From: Nitrospirota bacterium
Lineage (GTDB): Bacteria; Nitrospirota; UBA9217
Assembly: GCA_963845065.1 (NCBI GenBank)
Contig: CAWJQQ010000006.1
Location: 363,850-427,849, forward strand
Direction of reading: 5' to 3'
Length of the DNA stretch: 64,000 nt
Shown: positions 41,971 through 52,843 of the stretch, piece after piece
How positions within the stretch are numbered: the first letter of the stretch is position 1
Layout of the letters: each line of letters begins with the position of its first letter
Program-made: the position numbers and the translations under genes
The notes under the pieces: model-generated
Seen by the model: only the letters and a program-made list of their open reading frames with translations
Told to the model about the DNA's origin: nothing
Database searches by the model: none

Positions 41971-43278
41971 ATGACCGTTTCTTCCGTAATCACAACTAGT
42001 TCAAACCCCACCACTTCGTTATTCTCGATTCTTGGTGGTAAACAAGCGTCACCACCATCCCAAGCTCAACTTCTGGCACAAGACGTTTTTAGTGATAATA
42101 ATAGTCCTCTGTTTTCAACTATCTCTGATAGTGAACAAACAGGAGATCAAACGTTAGCAGTGTCCTCAATGTCAGCCGGGACCGTCCAAGCCCAAGCTGA
42201 TAAGTATAAGGCGGCAGCACAAGATTTTTCTTTATCAATCAGTTATGATCCTTCTGCGGCCAATGTAGTCCGGGCTGAAAATTTGATTGCAACGGTAGAC
42301 CAAGAAGACAATAACACTAGCGGAGCCATTAATGCATACAAAGCATCCATCGTTGCAAATTCGCAAGACGATGCAACCTATGTGTCACTTGGTAATATTT
42401 ATTTCAGCCAAAAAGACTATACCGATGCAGAAAAGGACTATTCGACAGCTGTCAGCATAAACCCTGCGTCATCAACCGATATTTATTCGCTTGGTCAAGC
42501 TTATCTGTCAGAGGGTAAATACCAGGACGCGGAAAATCTATTTAATAAAGTGATCAGCATGAATCCTACGGACGTAAGCGGCTATTACGCTCTCGGGCAG
42601 ACATATAGCAAGGAGGGAAAATATAACGATGCGATCAATGAATTCCAAAAGGTAACCAATCTGGACACCAGTTTTTACACTGTCCATGTTGATCTCGGTG
42701 AAGCCTACGCCAAACTTGGGCAGACTGATAATGCAAACGCTCAGTTAAGCATAGTCCAGGCTAATGATCCAAATGATGCATCCTTACTCAGTAAGTATAT
42801 TGACTCAGTTACAAAACCTCAGATTAGTGCTGTCTACAGCGACGCTAGTAATTGCTTTAATACAAACCTTGGCCCCAATACACCAGTTTCTAGCCTTAGC
42901 CCATCGCTTGCTACTCCGAACGGCACACAACTGTTTTCCATGGAATTTGCTTTTAGCAAAAACATGGATCCAATGTCAGTCCAAAACCCCTATAATTGGA
43001 CAATCAGTAAGGCACAAAACGGCACTGCCGGTGGTGCCTATAACTGGGGACTGCCGGCGCAGCCAACAGACTCTCCAGTTGCTCCGCTCCCCGTCAGTGT
43101 TACATACGATTCAACCTCAAATCAAGCAACCATTTCTTTTCTAATTCAACAGAATGCAGCTGACAACGGTACGATTGATCCATCCCACATCACATTTAAG
43201 TTTAATGGTGCGGATGTGTACGGAAACAACATGGATACATCAGCTGATGAGTATAACGGAATATCACAGATCGTGTGA
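41971..43278 (+). CDS. TPR-repeat protein with C-terminal beta-rich domain
   Basis: Repeats SLGNIYF..KDY..AE..Y, SLGQAYL..GKY..AE..F, ALGQTYS..GKY..AI..F, DLGEAYA..G; S/T/N/Q/D-rich. Confidence 0.85.
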   Translation: MTVSSVITTSSNPTTSLFSILGGKQASPPSQAQLLAQDVFSDNNSPLFSTISDSEQTGDQTLAVSSMSAGTVQAQADKYKAAAQDFSLSISYDPSAANVVRAENLIATVDQEDNNTSGAINAYKASIVANSQDDATYVSLGNIYFSQKDYTDAEKDYSTAVSINPASSTDIYSLGQAYLSEGKYQDAENLFNKVISMNPTDVSGYYALGQTYSKEGKYNDAINEFQKVTNLDTSFYTVHVDLGEAYAKLGQTDNANAQLSIVQANDPNDASLLSKYIDSVTKPQISAVYSDASNCFNTNLGPNTPVSSLSPSLATPNGTQLFSMEFAFSKNMDPMSVQNPYNWTISKAQNGTAGGAYNWGLPAQPTDSPVAPLPVSVTYDSTSNQATISFLIQQNAADNGTIDPSHITFKFNGADVYGNNMDTSADEYNGISQIV

Positions 43279-43403
43279 CGGAGTACAGGAGCGACCGGCA
43301 TTCAAGAAGTACCCTTTTTTTCGAGCTTTTGTTGTCCTCGACATTACCATCTACCCGCACGAAGCCAACAAACACAACGTACTTGGCCTGTGCCGCCATG
43401 CAA

Positions 43404-44456
43404 TCAGGGAACGTCTGCGGCTTCAATAATTCCCCCGCCCACAACAACGTCGCCGTCATAGAATACTGCTGCCTGGCCCGGACACACTCCTTTCACGGGC
43501 TGTTCAAATGTAACACAGACATTTTTTTCTCGTACAGATTCTATCATTGCCGGAATAAATGGGGATCGGTATCGGATCTTTACGGAAACCTTCTTCGAAT
43601 GACTCAACGAATCACTTGTAATAAAATTTTGGTTCGATACCAGCACATGCAGCGTTTGCAGATCGTGAAGTCTTCCAAGTACAACGCGGTTCGTGTCCGG
43701 TTCGATCCTGACGACATAGAGCCGTTCGCCCGCTGCAACACCGAGATGCCGCCGCTGACCCACGGTGAAGAATGCAATGCCTTCATGTGTACTTAGAACT
43801 GTACCATCTATCAGGACCAATTCTCCGGGTGTGAGCGTTTCCGGTGCGTGCTCTTTTAAAAAAGAACGGTAATCGTTGTCCAAAACAAAACAGATCTCCT
43901 GGCTCTCAGGCCGCTCTGCAGCCGAAAGCGTCATCGCGCGCGCAAGCGCTCGAACTTCAGCCTTAAGCATGGTTCCAAGCGGAAAAAGAACATGCGCCAT
44001 CTGATCCTGCGTCAAACGATAGAGAAAGTAACTCTGGTCTTTTCCTGCATCAATTCCTTTTTTCAGCAGATAGCGGGACGATTGATGATCCCGCTCAATG
44101 CGAGCGTAATGACCAGTGGCGAGATAATCAAAACCATTCATCCGGGCATACTCAAGAAGGAGGTTGAACTTAACAAGGTCATTGCACTTGATGCAAGGGT
44201 TCGGCGTGCGACCCCGGAGGTACTCAGAAATAAAGTCGCGGATAATAGTCTGAGAAAATTCTACTTGTGCGTCAATCATGCGGTGGGTAATTCGCAAATG
44301 ATGGCACACGGCCTGTGCCGATCCGATGTCGCAGCACAACCCGGCAGTCAGCTTCATAGTGACACCTTCCACCTCAAACCCCTGTTTTTGCAGGAGTGCG
44401 GCGGTCACCGAACTGTCGACGCCGCCGCTCATGGCTACGAGAACACGCTTTGTCAT
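43404..44456 (-). CDS. mnmA: tRNA 2-thiouridine(34) synthase
   Basis: AMSGGVDSS, TPNPCIKCN, ATGHYA, KDQSYFL, ESQEICF, PGQAAVFY motifs. Confidence 0.96.
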   Translation of the reverse strand: MTKRVLVAMSGGVDSSVTAALLQKQGFEVEGVTMKLTAGLCCDIGSAQAVCHHLRITHRMIDAQVEFSQTIIRDFISEYLRGRTPNPCIKCNDLVKFNLLLEYARMNGFDYLATGHYARIERDHQSSRYLLKKGIDAGKDQSYFLYRLTQDQMAHVLFPLGTMLKAEVRALARAMTLSAAERPESQEICFVLDNDYRSFLKEHAPETLTPGELVLIDGTVLSTHEGIAFFTVGQRRHLGVAAGERLYVVRIEPDTNRVVLGRLHDLQTLHVLVSNQNFITSDSLSHSKKVSVKIRYRSPFIPAMIESVREKNVCVTFEQPVKGVCPGQAAVFYDGDVVVGGGIIEAADVP

Positions 44457-44603
44457 AACTTTTTTCTAACAGTGTAAAATTGAGACACAGGGATCAACAG
44501 CTGTAGAGCTAGAGGAGAAGCACATACTGGGTAAAAGGGGCAAACGTGTATAACCCGACCTACGCTCTACTTAATCTGATATTTTCGCGATTCCCTTTGG
44601 GGC

Positions 44604-45010
44604 AATGTCACACCTTCCTCTATTTCAGTACCAGTGGCGTCAGCGATCCGAGCATGAACAGAATACCGCCCTTTTGCGCCCAAGTCGAACCAAGATCTCT
44701 TACGATGAGCATAATCGGCGCCAGACCTCTGCCAAAATTCAAGCTCTTGAGATAGATCCCAACCCCTTCATAATACTATGGTGTATTCGGCCCAAGCGTA
44801 CTGTATTTCACAACCTTTTTATTTTCATACAGAGATACTTGTGCACTTCAGTCTTGTATCTAGCATTGCGCGTCGGTCTGGACATAAATGTGCTCCATAT
44901 GTAACGCCTTATCCTCAGGCGGCGGCACATAGGCCCCTTCGGGCATGACGCCTGAAAGCCTGTATCCCCAAATTGCGCTGAGAAGATGAGCAATAAGCCC
45001 CTCGGCAGAG
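44604..45010 (-). pseudogene. Membrane-protein remnant, possibly ResB-like cytochrome c biogenesis protein
   Basis: LIAHLLSAIWGYR...LGPNTP*YYEGVGIYLKS...RDLGSTWAQKGGILFMLGS with several stops; family assignment from recall only. Confidence 0.4.
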
Positions 45011-45048
45011 AGGAATGTAACGTTGCGAATCATCTGCATTACAGACGC

Positions 45049-45081
45049 AAAAGGCATCCCGGATTTCCGGAATGCCTTTTT
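45049..45081 (-). terminator. Rho-independent terminator after the HU gene
   Basis: GGCATTCCGG-AAAT-CCGGGATGCC flanked by A/T runs. Confidence 0.7.
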
Positions 45082-45118
45082 GCTTTAAGGTTTAGCTATG
45101 AACACAAATTGATGAATA

Positions 45119-45406
45119 TTATTTCTTGCCGAGAATGGCCTCTTTTGCCGCTTTAGCCACTCGGAACTTCACAACCTTCTTAGCCGGAATTTTGATGGCC
45201 TCGCCCGTCTGAGGATTCCTGCCCATGCGAGCCTTGCGCTGGACAAGCACGAGTTTGCCGAGACCGGGAAGTGTGAAGGCATTCTTTGCTTCCTTGTATG
45301 CTAGCGCTGCGATGTCTTCCAAAATCTGTACTGCGTGTTTCTTCTTGATATCTGCCTTCTTCGCAATGTGGTCCGCTATCTGAGACTTCGTCATGGCTTT
45401 TGCCAT
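45119..45406 (-). CDS. hup: HU family DNA-binding protein
   Basis: MTKSQI...LPGLGKL...RKARMGRNPQTGEAIKIPAK.VVKFR. Confidence 0.95.
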   Translation of the reverse strand: MAKAMTKSQIADHIAKKADIKKKHAVQILEDIAALAYKEAKNAFTLPGLGKLVLVQRKARMGRNPQTGEAIKIPAKKVVKFRVAKAAKEAILGKK

Positions 45407-46129
45407 AAAAATCCCTCCTTGAAGAAATAAATTAAAATTTCTAACTGCGCTAAGCAGGTTAGGTGCTCTTTGTTGGTGGAAAGTATATACACTCTATTGT
45501 AAAATAGCAAGTGAAATTTTGAAATTTGTATGGGTATATTTGGGGTATGCTTTGTTCAAGCTTCCATCTACACTAATGCGTTTTTCTTTGCTTTTAAGCT
45601 GCATCGGAACTCGGACAGGTTGTCTAAGCTTGTTTACATTTTTTTATTCCGGTCATATCCCAATTTTTGTGTGCCCTACATCACATCAAAATAACTTACC
45701 TTATTTGTATTAAGTACATGCGTTGAAGCTATAACCGCGTCAATACTTAACTTACGCACTGAATGAACAGGTCATTCCCTCCACTTACTTGGAAGACCCA
45801 CCTAGCAACACTTTAAAAAAAATATTTTAAACTTTAACAATCGGGCTATAATGCATATTTTACTTAATATTCTAAGACCGTTCCTAAAACCTGTCTTTTA
45901 TTTCTGCAGACTAGGACGGCAGCTAAATAGTATTGCTGCCGGTCAACGTCAGGGATTCGCACCCTGATTTACCCAAACCCCGAAATTTATAAAAAAACGC
46001 TATGTGCTGCTGTGCGAACGCTTGCATGTAAGCTGTGATCTGTATGCCCACGAATTTTCATCCACAACCGGAGATCTCTCGATGAGTTTCGTAAAAAAGA
46101 CGCGGCTAGCGTCGAATGCATAAGTTTTC

Positions 46130-46640
46130 TATAGGGCAAAAGCATTATTATAATCGTTAACAGAGATTGGTCGACGACGGAGATAATTCAGGCCAGCCTT
46201 GATCGCTGGCAGGTTGAAAACCACTTCAGGTTGAGCAAAGACAAAGATCTGGTCGCCATGCGCCCCATCAAGCATTGAGGACGGCAACAAGATTCGATCC
46301 TAACTGTTTTCCTGAGCGGCGGCGATGAAATATTTGCGCCGGAAGGAACCACTATTTAATGCTGTAGGTGGGTATTACGGGAACAGCAGAAGATGTGATG
46401 GAGGACATGAGCAGTCTTCACTCTGTGCTGTTGATGCGGGAAGGTCGCAGGAAATCGGCGCGTCGTTTGGTGAAGCCTAAGAAGACCCAAGTTGAATTCC
46501 TATCAGCATTTGGTCACCTCGTTGAATGCCGATGTGGTCTTACGCTTAAGAAATCAATAACACTCCGTTATCATTGATGATAATGGGAATATCAGGTTCT
46601 GTTTTAAACTCTTGATTTACCGTTTAGGAAATCGCAGGCC
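46130..46640 (+). pseudogene. IS1634-family transposase C-terminal remnant
   Basis: DWSTTEIIQASLDRWQVENHFRLSKDKDLVAMRPIKH, then broken reading to TAEDVMEDMSSLHSVL...KPKKTQVEFLSAFG; boundaries approximate. Confidence 0.6.
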
Positions 46641-46759
46641 AGCCAGACAGTCTTTTCCCACGAGTTCGACTGCTGTTGTTTTCGCAGTTGACTTAAAAGC
46701 TGTTTTTGTGATAATTTATGACTGTCGAGGTAGCTTAATTTTTATCAGGAGGCGCGGTC

Positions 46760-46885
46760 ATGGCGATAAAAGCGAATTTTATTCTGAAGGTGCAGGACGC
46801 AAAACTGGCTGACGTTCAAAAGGCACTTAAAGAGGCCAACATCAATGTCGTGAGCATTCTTGAGGTTCACAAGGAAGAAGTGTAG
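46760..46885 (+). CDS. Small hypothetical protein, 41 aa
   Basis: AGGAGG RBS; MAIKANFILKVQDAKLADVQKALKEANINVVSILEVHKEEV*; TTGACT...TGTGATAAT promoter-like motif at 46688-46715. Confidence 0.7.
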   Translation: MAIKANFILKVQDAKLADVQKALKEANINVVSILEVHKEEV

Positions 46886-47040
46886 AAACATCACTTTTCT
46901 CTTCGTGGAAATCGTCCTCAGATTTCTGAAATACAGGATACAAAAAACGATGCATCGCGCATTTAATGTCTGGATAAAAACTAGATTGCTTGCATCGCTC
47001 CATAATTAATCTGCTATACTTAATAAAGTGAAATTATGAC

Positions 47041-47304
47041 ATGAAAACTACTCTCACGGATCTTGAAAATATTGCAAAAGCTCTTTTGATCAAAGTATCC
47101 TATGATGATCTTAAAACTTCGAAAGGCGGCTCATGCAGGGTCATGGAGACCCGTCGGATCATCATTAACAAATATCTTCAAAACAGTGAAAAAATAAATC
47201 TCCTGGCTAAGGAACTTGGCAATTTTGATCTTGGCGGACTTGATATGCCGGCCAACGTACGCAAAAAGATTGAACAGGAAACAGAACAGCGAACCGAAGC
47301 TTGA
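47041..47304 (+). CDS. Hypothetical protein
   Basis: 87-aa ORF; LENIAKAL.IKVSYD....KGGSCRV....IIINK..; no function assigned. Confidence 0.65.
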   Translation: MKTTLTDLENIAKALLIKVSYDDLKTSKGGSCRVMETRRIIINKYLQNSEKINLLAKELGNFDLGGLDMPANVRKKIEQETEQRTEA

Positions 47305-47369
47305 GGAACAGCTGGCCTGCCTCTAACCGACCGGTTGCTATTCGGTTTTCCCCGAGAGGATGGCGGCGT

Positions 47370-47876
47370 ATGAAAAAACTCACAATCGTGTTCGGAATTT
47401 CGCTGCTCATCCAAGGTTGCACCTATGCGATTTCTCCTGAAATGGCCGATCAGGCCGATAGAACCCTCACCTTCCAGCAACTGCAGGCAGATCCTGATAC
47501 CTTCAAAGGCAAAATTATCATCCTTGGCGGAATTATCGCCCAAACCAGTAATACTAAGCAGGGCACAGTAATCGAGGTCGTCGAAAAGCCTCTCGATTAT
47601 TGGGGTAAACCAAAACGCACCGACGAGACCGGAGGTCGGTTTCTCGTCGTGCATGTCGGCGACCTTGATCCCATTGTATACGCGCCAGGTAGAGAGATAA
47701 CCGTTGCTGCTGAAATTGAAGGTACGCGCAGCAAAGCGCTTGGGGAAGTAGAGTACAATTATCCTGTCGTAGTTTCGAAAGAATTGAAGCTTTGGGAACG
47801 CGAGCACCAATCATGGGACAGGCCGCAGTGGATCGATCCACTTTATGATCCTTACAGCCCTGTTCGCTTCGAATAG
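47370..47876 (+). CDS. Slp/YeaY-family outer-membrane lipoprotein
   Basis: Lipobox LIQGC; GG.I....N, IEV...PLD..G.P, GGRFL, LDP.VY..GR.ITV, YNYPVV motifs. Confidence 0.88.
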   Translation: MKKLTIVFGISLLIQGCTYAISPEMADQADRTLTFQQLQADPDTFKGKIIILGGIIAQTSNTKQGTVIEVVEKPLDYWGKPKRTDETGGRFLVVHVGDLDPIVYAPGREITVAAEIEGTRSKALGEVEYNYPVVVSKELKLWEREHQSWDRPQWIDPLYDPYSPVRFE

Positions 47877-48110
47877 TGACAACGTTGCATGGAAAGTGAG
47901 ACTGTCATGATCGAGCGAATCTACCGTCAACTTTCAATAATCTTTCTCCTTGCTGGCTGCGGAAGAATTTCCGGATGAGCTCCGGTTTTTGATAAAGAAG
48001 TAATGGTTCGTATAAACAGGCGCGTCCCCTTTATATCCCTCCAAAGAAAGCGAGCCTGAAAAATTTATTGGCGCCTAATTCTTGCTCATGGCGCTGTCGT
48101 TTCTATAAAA

Positions 48111-49478
48111 GGATCTTCTCCATGTCGAGTACACGAAAATACGCCAATAAAGTTTTAAACTTCTCTCTACAGGCGGATTTTATGATTGTCATTCCAATGA
48201 AAAATATGATACAAATCGGGCATGCGAAAAAGACAAACTCTATCCAATTTGTTTCACTTCCCTGGTTGTAATCCAAAGAGGACCGTTCACGGTGTCTTTG
48301 GCGATCCCAATGCCCGAGTCATAAAGCTCGTAAGGCAGGGGAAAAAACTGCTTGTTGGATATGCGGCACAGTTCATCGGACCTTTCGTGCTCGAAAGATC
48401 CGATTGGTCCACGATCTCCCCTGCGGTGGTGCCAGGATTTATCTCGAACTGGAAATTCGGCGCATCCTATGGCGGAGGTGTGGCACAGTGAAAGGGGAGA
48501 TGCTGCCGTTTCTGGCCGATAATCCATTTTATACCAAGCGATTCGCCTATTACGTAGGCAGACGATGTGAATCTTCATCAATCAGCGATATAGCCAAAGA
48601 GTTCCTTCTCGACTGGAAGACAGTCAAGGAACTTGAGAAGCAATACATGCGGGAAAAACTCCGTAGTGCCGGGAAGCCAAATCCCAAAGTGATCGGCATC
48701 AACGAGATAACGATCCGCAAGGGACATATTTACCGGATCGTCGTGAGCGATCTCGAAAAGAGACGGTCAATCTGGTTCGGAGGCATTGACCGCTCAGAAG
48801 AGAGCATGAATTTCTTCTTCGATGAGTTCGGGCCGATAAAATTTGGACGAATTCGGCTTTCTCTGATGGACATGTGGAAGCCCTTGAGAAGTCCACGCAT
48901 CGGAAAGCCCCGCAGTTGGCCATCTTCTATGACAAGTTCCATGTTATAACGCATTTAGGCGAAGCGCTGGATAAAGTGAGAAAGAGCGAATATGCCAAGC
49001 TCACCGGCAAAGACCGCAGATTCATCAAAGGCCAAAAGTATGTGCTCCTTTCTCATCCGGAAAACCTTACGCCGGAGAAGAGATCGGGACTCAAGCTGCT
49101 TCTGACGGCAAATAAGCGACTCAACACAGCCGATATTCTCAAAGAGCAGTTCGCGCAGCTCTGATCATACCAGTCCGAGGCTTGGGCCAGAAAGTTCTTC
49201 GACAATTGGAAAGCATCTCTCAATTGGCAGCGACTCAAACCCTATGAGAAGTTTGCCGAGATGGTCGAGAGACACTGGGATGGTATCGCTGCCTTCTGCA
49301 GACCAGAAAACAAAGTATCCCTCGGCTTTATCGAGGGCTTGAACAACAAGATCAGAGTCATTCAGCGTCGGGCATACGGCTTACGGGATGAAGAGTATCT
49401 TAGTCTGAAGATGTTGACCTGCATGTTGCCGCCGCTATAAAAAGGCTAAAAATTACGTTCTCACTTGGGAGAAGAGGC
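48111..49478 (+). mobile_element. ISL3-family element with frameshifted/nonsense transposase
   Basis: Fragments DLPCGG..IYLELE.RR, DMW, DKFHV, KGQKY.LL, L..HW.GI, SLGFIEGLNNKIRVIQRRAYG; ends GGATCTTCTCC / GGAGAAGAGGC. Confidence 0.85.
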
Positions 49479-49503
49479 ATTATTAATTATTTATATTTGA
49501 TCT

Positions 49504-50777
49504 CATTAACGTCCGGTTAAAATTAAAAAGGCATGGCCTGAATACCTCGATTGTTGGATAATAGAATTCGCGAGAACACTATTCCAGCAAGGAGGAACAA
49601 GCCATGCGCAAGTTGGAAACCATCTTCGGAGAACTGCTGAAACTTGTACCGAGATATCAATTCGAAAAAGCCGTAAATCAGTATCAGGGAGATCGATACG
49701 TAAAGTCGTATACGACCTGGCAACAGTATATCACGATCCTGTTCTCCCAGGTCAAGCAAAAAGACAGCATCCGGGACATCGTAACGGGACTGGAGGCTAA
49801 CGAGTCCCGATGGTATCACCTGGGGCTTACCGGCGTTCACCGGAGCACCTTCTCGGATGCCAACAACAAACGAAGTTTTCAAATATTTGAAGATCTGTTT
49901 TATCATCTTCTCTCTCGCTGCAAGGACTTGACGCCGAAACATCGGTTCAAGTTCAAAAATGAGTTGTATTCTATCGATGCTTCAGTTATCGATCTTTGCC
50001 TCTCGGTCTTTCCTTGGGCTAAGTTCCGAAAGACCAAGGGGGCGATTAAAATGCATTGCCTCTATGACCACTCAGGGGCACTGCCGTCGTTTGTAACGAT
50101 CACCGATGGTAAGAAACATGATGTTAAGGTGGCTAAAGAAACCGGTTTCCCACTCTCCCCGGACAGCATCGTTTCCATAGATCGGGCGTATATCGACTAC
50201 AAATGGCTGAAATCACTGGATGAAAAGCGCGTCTGGTTCGTTACCCGCGCCAAGTCCAATATCAATTGTGTCGTAACCGGACAGCATGCGGTTACCGGAA
50301 AAGGGGTCCTGAAAGACCAGATGATTCTCCTAACCGGAACCCGTACAAAGAACTATTATCCCAAAGAACTTCGAATGATCGAGTTCTATGATGAGGAAAC
50401 CAAGAAGCACCTTACATTCCTCACCAACAATATGAAGCTTGCAGCCTCAACGATAGCGGCCATCTATAAGTCCCGTTGGCAGATTGAGCTGTTCTTCAAA
50501 TGGATCAAGCAGAACCTGAAGATCAAATCATTCCTCGGGACCAGCAAAAATGCCGTTATGACGCAAATCTGGGTGGCGATGAGCTATTACTTGCTGCTCA
50601 CATATATCAAATATCAGACGAAGTATGCGAAATCCTTATTGACGCTGAGTCGCGTTATCAGGGAAACGCTATTTGAACGAAAGAACCTTATCGACATTCT
50701 AACACTGAAGCCTGAACGGATTTTAGCTGTACAAGATGAGCCCATACAAGGGGCGCTGTTTTAACCGGACAGCGATG
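49504..50777 (+). mobile_element. IS4-family insertion sequence, apparently intact
   Basis: Inverted repeats CATTAACGTCCGGTTAAAA / TTTTAACCGGACAGCGATG; 9-bp direct repeat ATTTGATCT (49495-49503 / 50778-50786). Confidence 0.92.
49604..50764 (+). CDS. IS4-family transposase (DUF4372 N-terminus)
   Basis: IDASVIDL, DRAYIDY, YKSRWQIELFFKWIKQNL (YREK) motifs. Confidence 0.95.
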   Translation: MRKLETIFGELLKLVPRYQFEKAVNQYQGDRYVKSYTTWQQYITILFSQVKQKDSIRDIVTGLEANESRWYHLGLTGVHRSTFSDANNKRSFQIFEDLFYHLLSRCKDLTPKHRFKFKNELYSIDASVIDLCLSVFPWAKFRKTKGAIKMHCLYDHSGALPSFVTITDGKKHDVKVAKETGFPLSPDSIVSIDRAYIDYKWLKSLDEKRVWFVTRAKSNINCVVTGQHAVTGKGVLKDQMILLTGTRTKNYYPKELRMIEFYDEETKKHLTFLTNNMKLAASTIAAIYKSRWQIELFFKWIKQNLKIKSFLGTSKNAVMTQIWVAMSYYLLLTYIKYQTKYAKSLLTLSRVIRETLFERKNLIDILTLKPERILAVQDEPIQGALF

Positions 50778-50904
50778 ATTTGATCTAGCAAATCAATAAC
50801 CAGGCGATGGAGTGATACTGAATTGCGGTTATGCCTCCCATTCCTCCGTTCTTCTTTTTCGGCTTCTTTCTGTCCGCCGTGACAGAACACGATCGAGGTC
50901 TTTG

Positions 50905-52716
50905 ATGAAAAGAAGCTCACAAATACTCTTCTACTTTCTGGCAGTGTTGATGCTTATCAGCATGTTTCGCCTTTTTTCAGAACCACCGACCGAGGACGTT
51001 CCTTATAGCGATTTTAAGACACTTTTGTCCGAAAAAAAAGTAAAAGATATTGTTATCACACGGGACCATATCCGGGGCGTACGCATCCCGGAAAAAGCGG
51101 GAGAAAAAGAAAAGCCCTTCACTGTCGTGCGTGTTGATGATAATGATTTGATAAAAAATCTCGATGCAAATGGCATCGCCTATCGCGGAGAGATTTCGGA
51201 AAACTGGCTCCGCGATTTCTTGCTCACCTGGATCCTGCCGCTGGCCGTACTTATGCTCATTTGGAGCTTCGTATTCAGACGGATGAGTGCCGGCGGGCCT
51301 GGAGAGTCCTTTATGAGCTTCGGTAAGTCCCGCGCTAAGATCTACGGCGAAAGCGATGTAAAGGTCACCTTTAACGACGTGGCGGGTGTGGATGAGGCCA
51401 AAGAAGAACTCATGGAAATCATCGAGTTCCTTCGTCACCCAGATAAATTCACTAAACTCGGAGCACGCATTCCTAAGGGGGTTCTACTCGTCGGTCCTCC
51501 TGGCACAGGGAAAACGCTCCTTTCTAAGGCTGTTGCGGGCGAAGCCAAAGTGCCTTTCTTTTCGATGTCAGGTTCGGAATTTGTTGAAATGTTCGTCGGA
51601 GTTGGTGCCTCACGCGTTCGCGATCTTTTTCAGCAAGCAGTACAGAAGGCGCCATGCATTATCTTTATAGACGAGCTCGATGCCCTCGGCCGCGCGCGCG
51701 GGGCAGGGATTGCTGGAGCTCACGAGGAACGGGAGCAGACCCTTAACCAGCTTCTTGCAGAGATGGACGGCTTTGACCCACGCAAAGGTGTAATCATAAT
51801 GGCTGCAACGAACCGGCCTGAGATTCTAGACCCGGCGCTTCTTCGACCTGGCCGCTTCGACCGGCACGTGCTGGTGGACCGACCCAACATCAAGGACCGC
51901 GAGGATATCCTTAAAATTCACATCAAGGGCGTCAAACTGTCGAAGGACGTGGATATCTCTGTTCTCGCTGCACGCACGCCCGGGTTTGTCGGGGCAGATT
52001 TGGCGAACATCGTAAACGAGGCTGCACTCTTAGCAGCGCGCAAGAACAAATCTGAAGTTGACATGACCGACTTCGAAGCCGCCATCGATAGGATTATCGC
52101 CGGGCTCGAAAAAAAACGACGCGTTATGAACAAGAAAGAAAAAGAAACCGTGGCCTTCCACGAGTGCGGCCACACGATCATAGCTGAACTACTGCCCACA
52201 ACGGACCCCGTCCATCGCGTCTCAATCGTACAGCGCGGTATCGCAGCGTTAGGCTATACGCTCCAGTTACCGACGGAAGATCGGTATCTGATGACCAAAA
52301 CGGAGCTTCTTGACAAACTGTGTGTAATGCTCGGAGGCCGCGTTGCTGAGGAGCTCATCTTTCATGAGGCCTCGACTGGCGCTCAAAATGATCTCCAACG
52401 CGCTGCCGTCATCGCGCGCAGTATGGTGACCGAGTATGGAATGACTGAGAAGTTTGGTCCTTTGACTTTCGAAAAAGAACGTAGGCCTTTGTTCCTCGAT
52501 ATCGGCCTGCCGCAGGGCGTCAAGGAGTACAGTGAAGATACTGCGCGCGAGATCGACCAGGAAGTCAAGCACTTGATCGATAATGCCTATCGGAAAGTGC
52601 AAACGCTGTTGGGGGCCAACCAGGACAAGCTCAAAACGCTGGCGGCTGCACTGCTGGAAAAGGAAACTATCGAAGGTGACGAGATCAGAAGGATACTGGG
52701 ACTCGCAGAAAAGTAG
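50905..52716 (+). CDS. ftsH: ATP-dependent zinc metalloprotease FtsH
   Basis: Two TM helices, [29 protein letters not shown]; likely start MKRSSQ. Confidence 0.95.
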   Translation: MKRSSQILFYFLAVLMLISMFRLFSEPPTEDVPYSDFKTLLSEKKVKDIVITRDHIRGVRIPEKAGEKEKPFTVVRVDDNDLIKNLDANGIAYRGEISENWLRDFLLTWILPLAVLMLIWSFVFRRMSAGGPGESFMSFGKSRAKIYGESDVKVTFNDVAGVDEAKEELMEIIEFLRHPDKFTKLGARIPKGVLLVGPPGTGKTLLSKAVAGEAKVPFFSMSGSEFVEMFVGVGASRVRDLFQQAVQKAPCIIFIDELDALGRARGAGIAGAHEEREQTLNQLLAEMDGFDPRKGVIIMAATNRPEILDPALLRPGRFDRHVLVDRPNIKDREDILKIHIKGVKLSKDVDISVLAARTPGFVGADLANIVNEAALLAARKNKSEVDMTDFEAAIDRIIAGLEKKRRVMNKKEKETVAFHECGHTIIAELLPTTDPVHRVSIVQRGIAALGYTLQLPTEDRYLMTKTELLDKLCVMLGGRVAEELIFHEASTGAQNDLQRAAVIARSMVTEYGMTEKFGPLTFEKERRPLFLDIGLPQGVKEYSEDTAREIDQEVKHLIDNAYRKVQTLLGANQDKLKTLAAALLEKETIEGDEIRRILGLAEK

Positions 52717-52843
52717 GAGCAGGCTTAGCATATCGACTATACTAAATCGAGTATCTCAGGAATCGCGCGAGCTAGGATGGCTATAGCCGATTACTTGGCG
52801 CTTTCGAGGTTTGTAATTGGCCTTGAATTTTGAAGTGGGTGGT

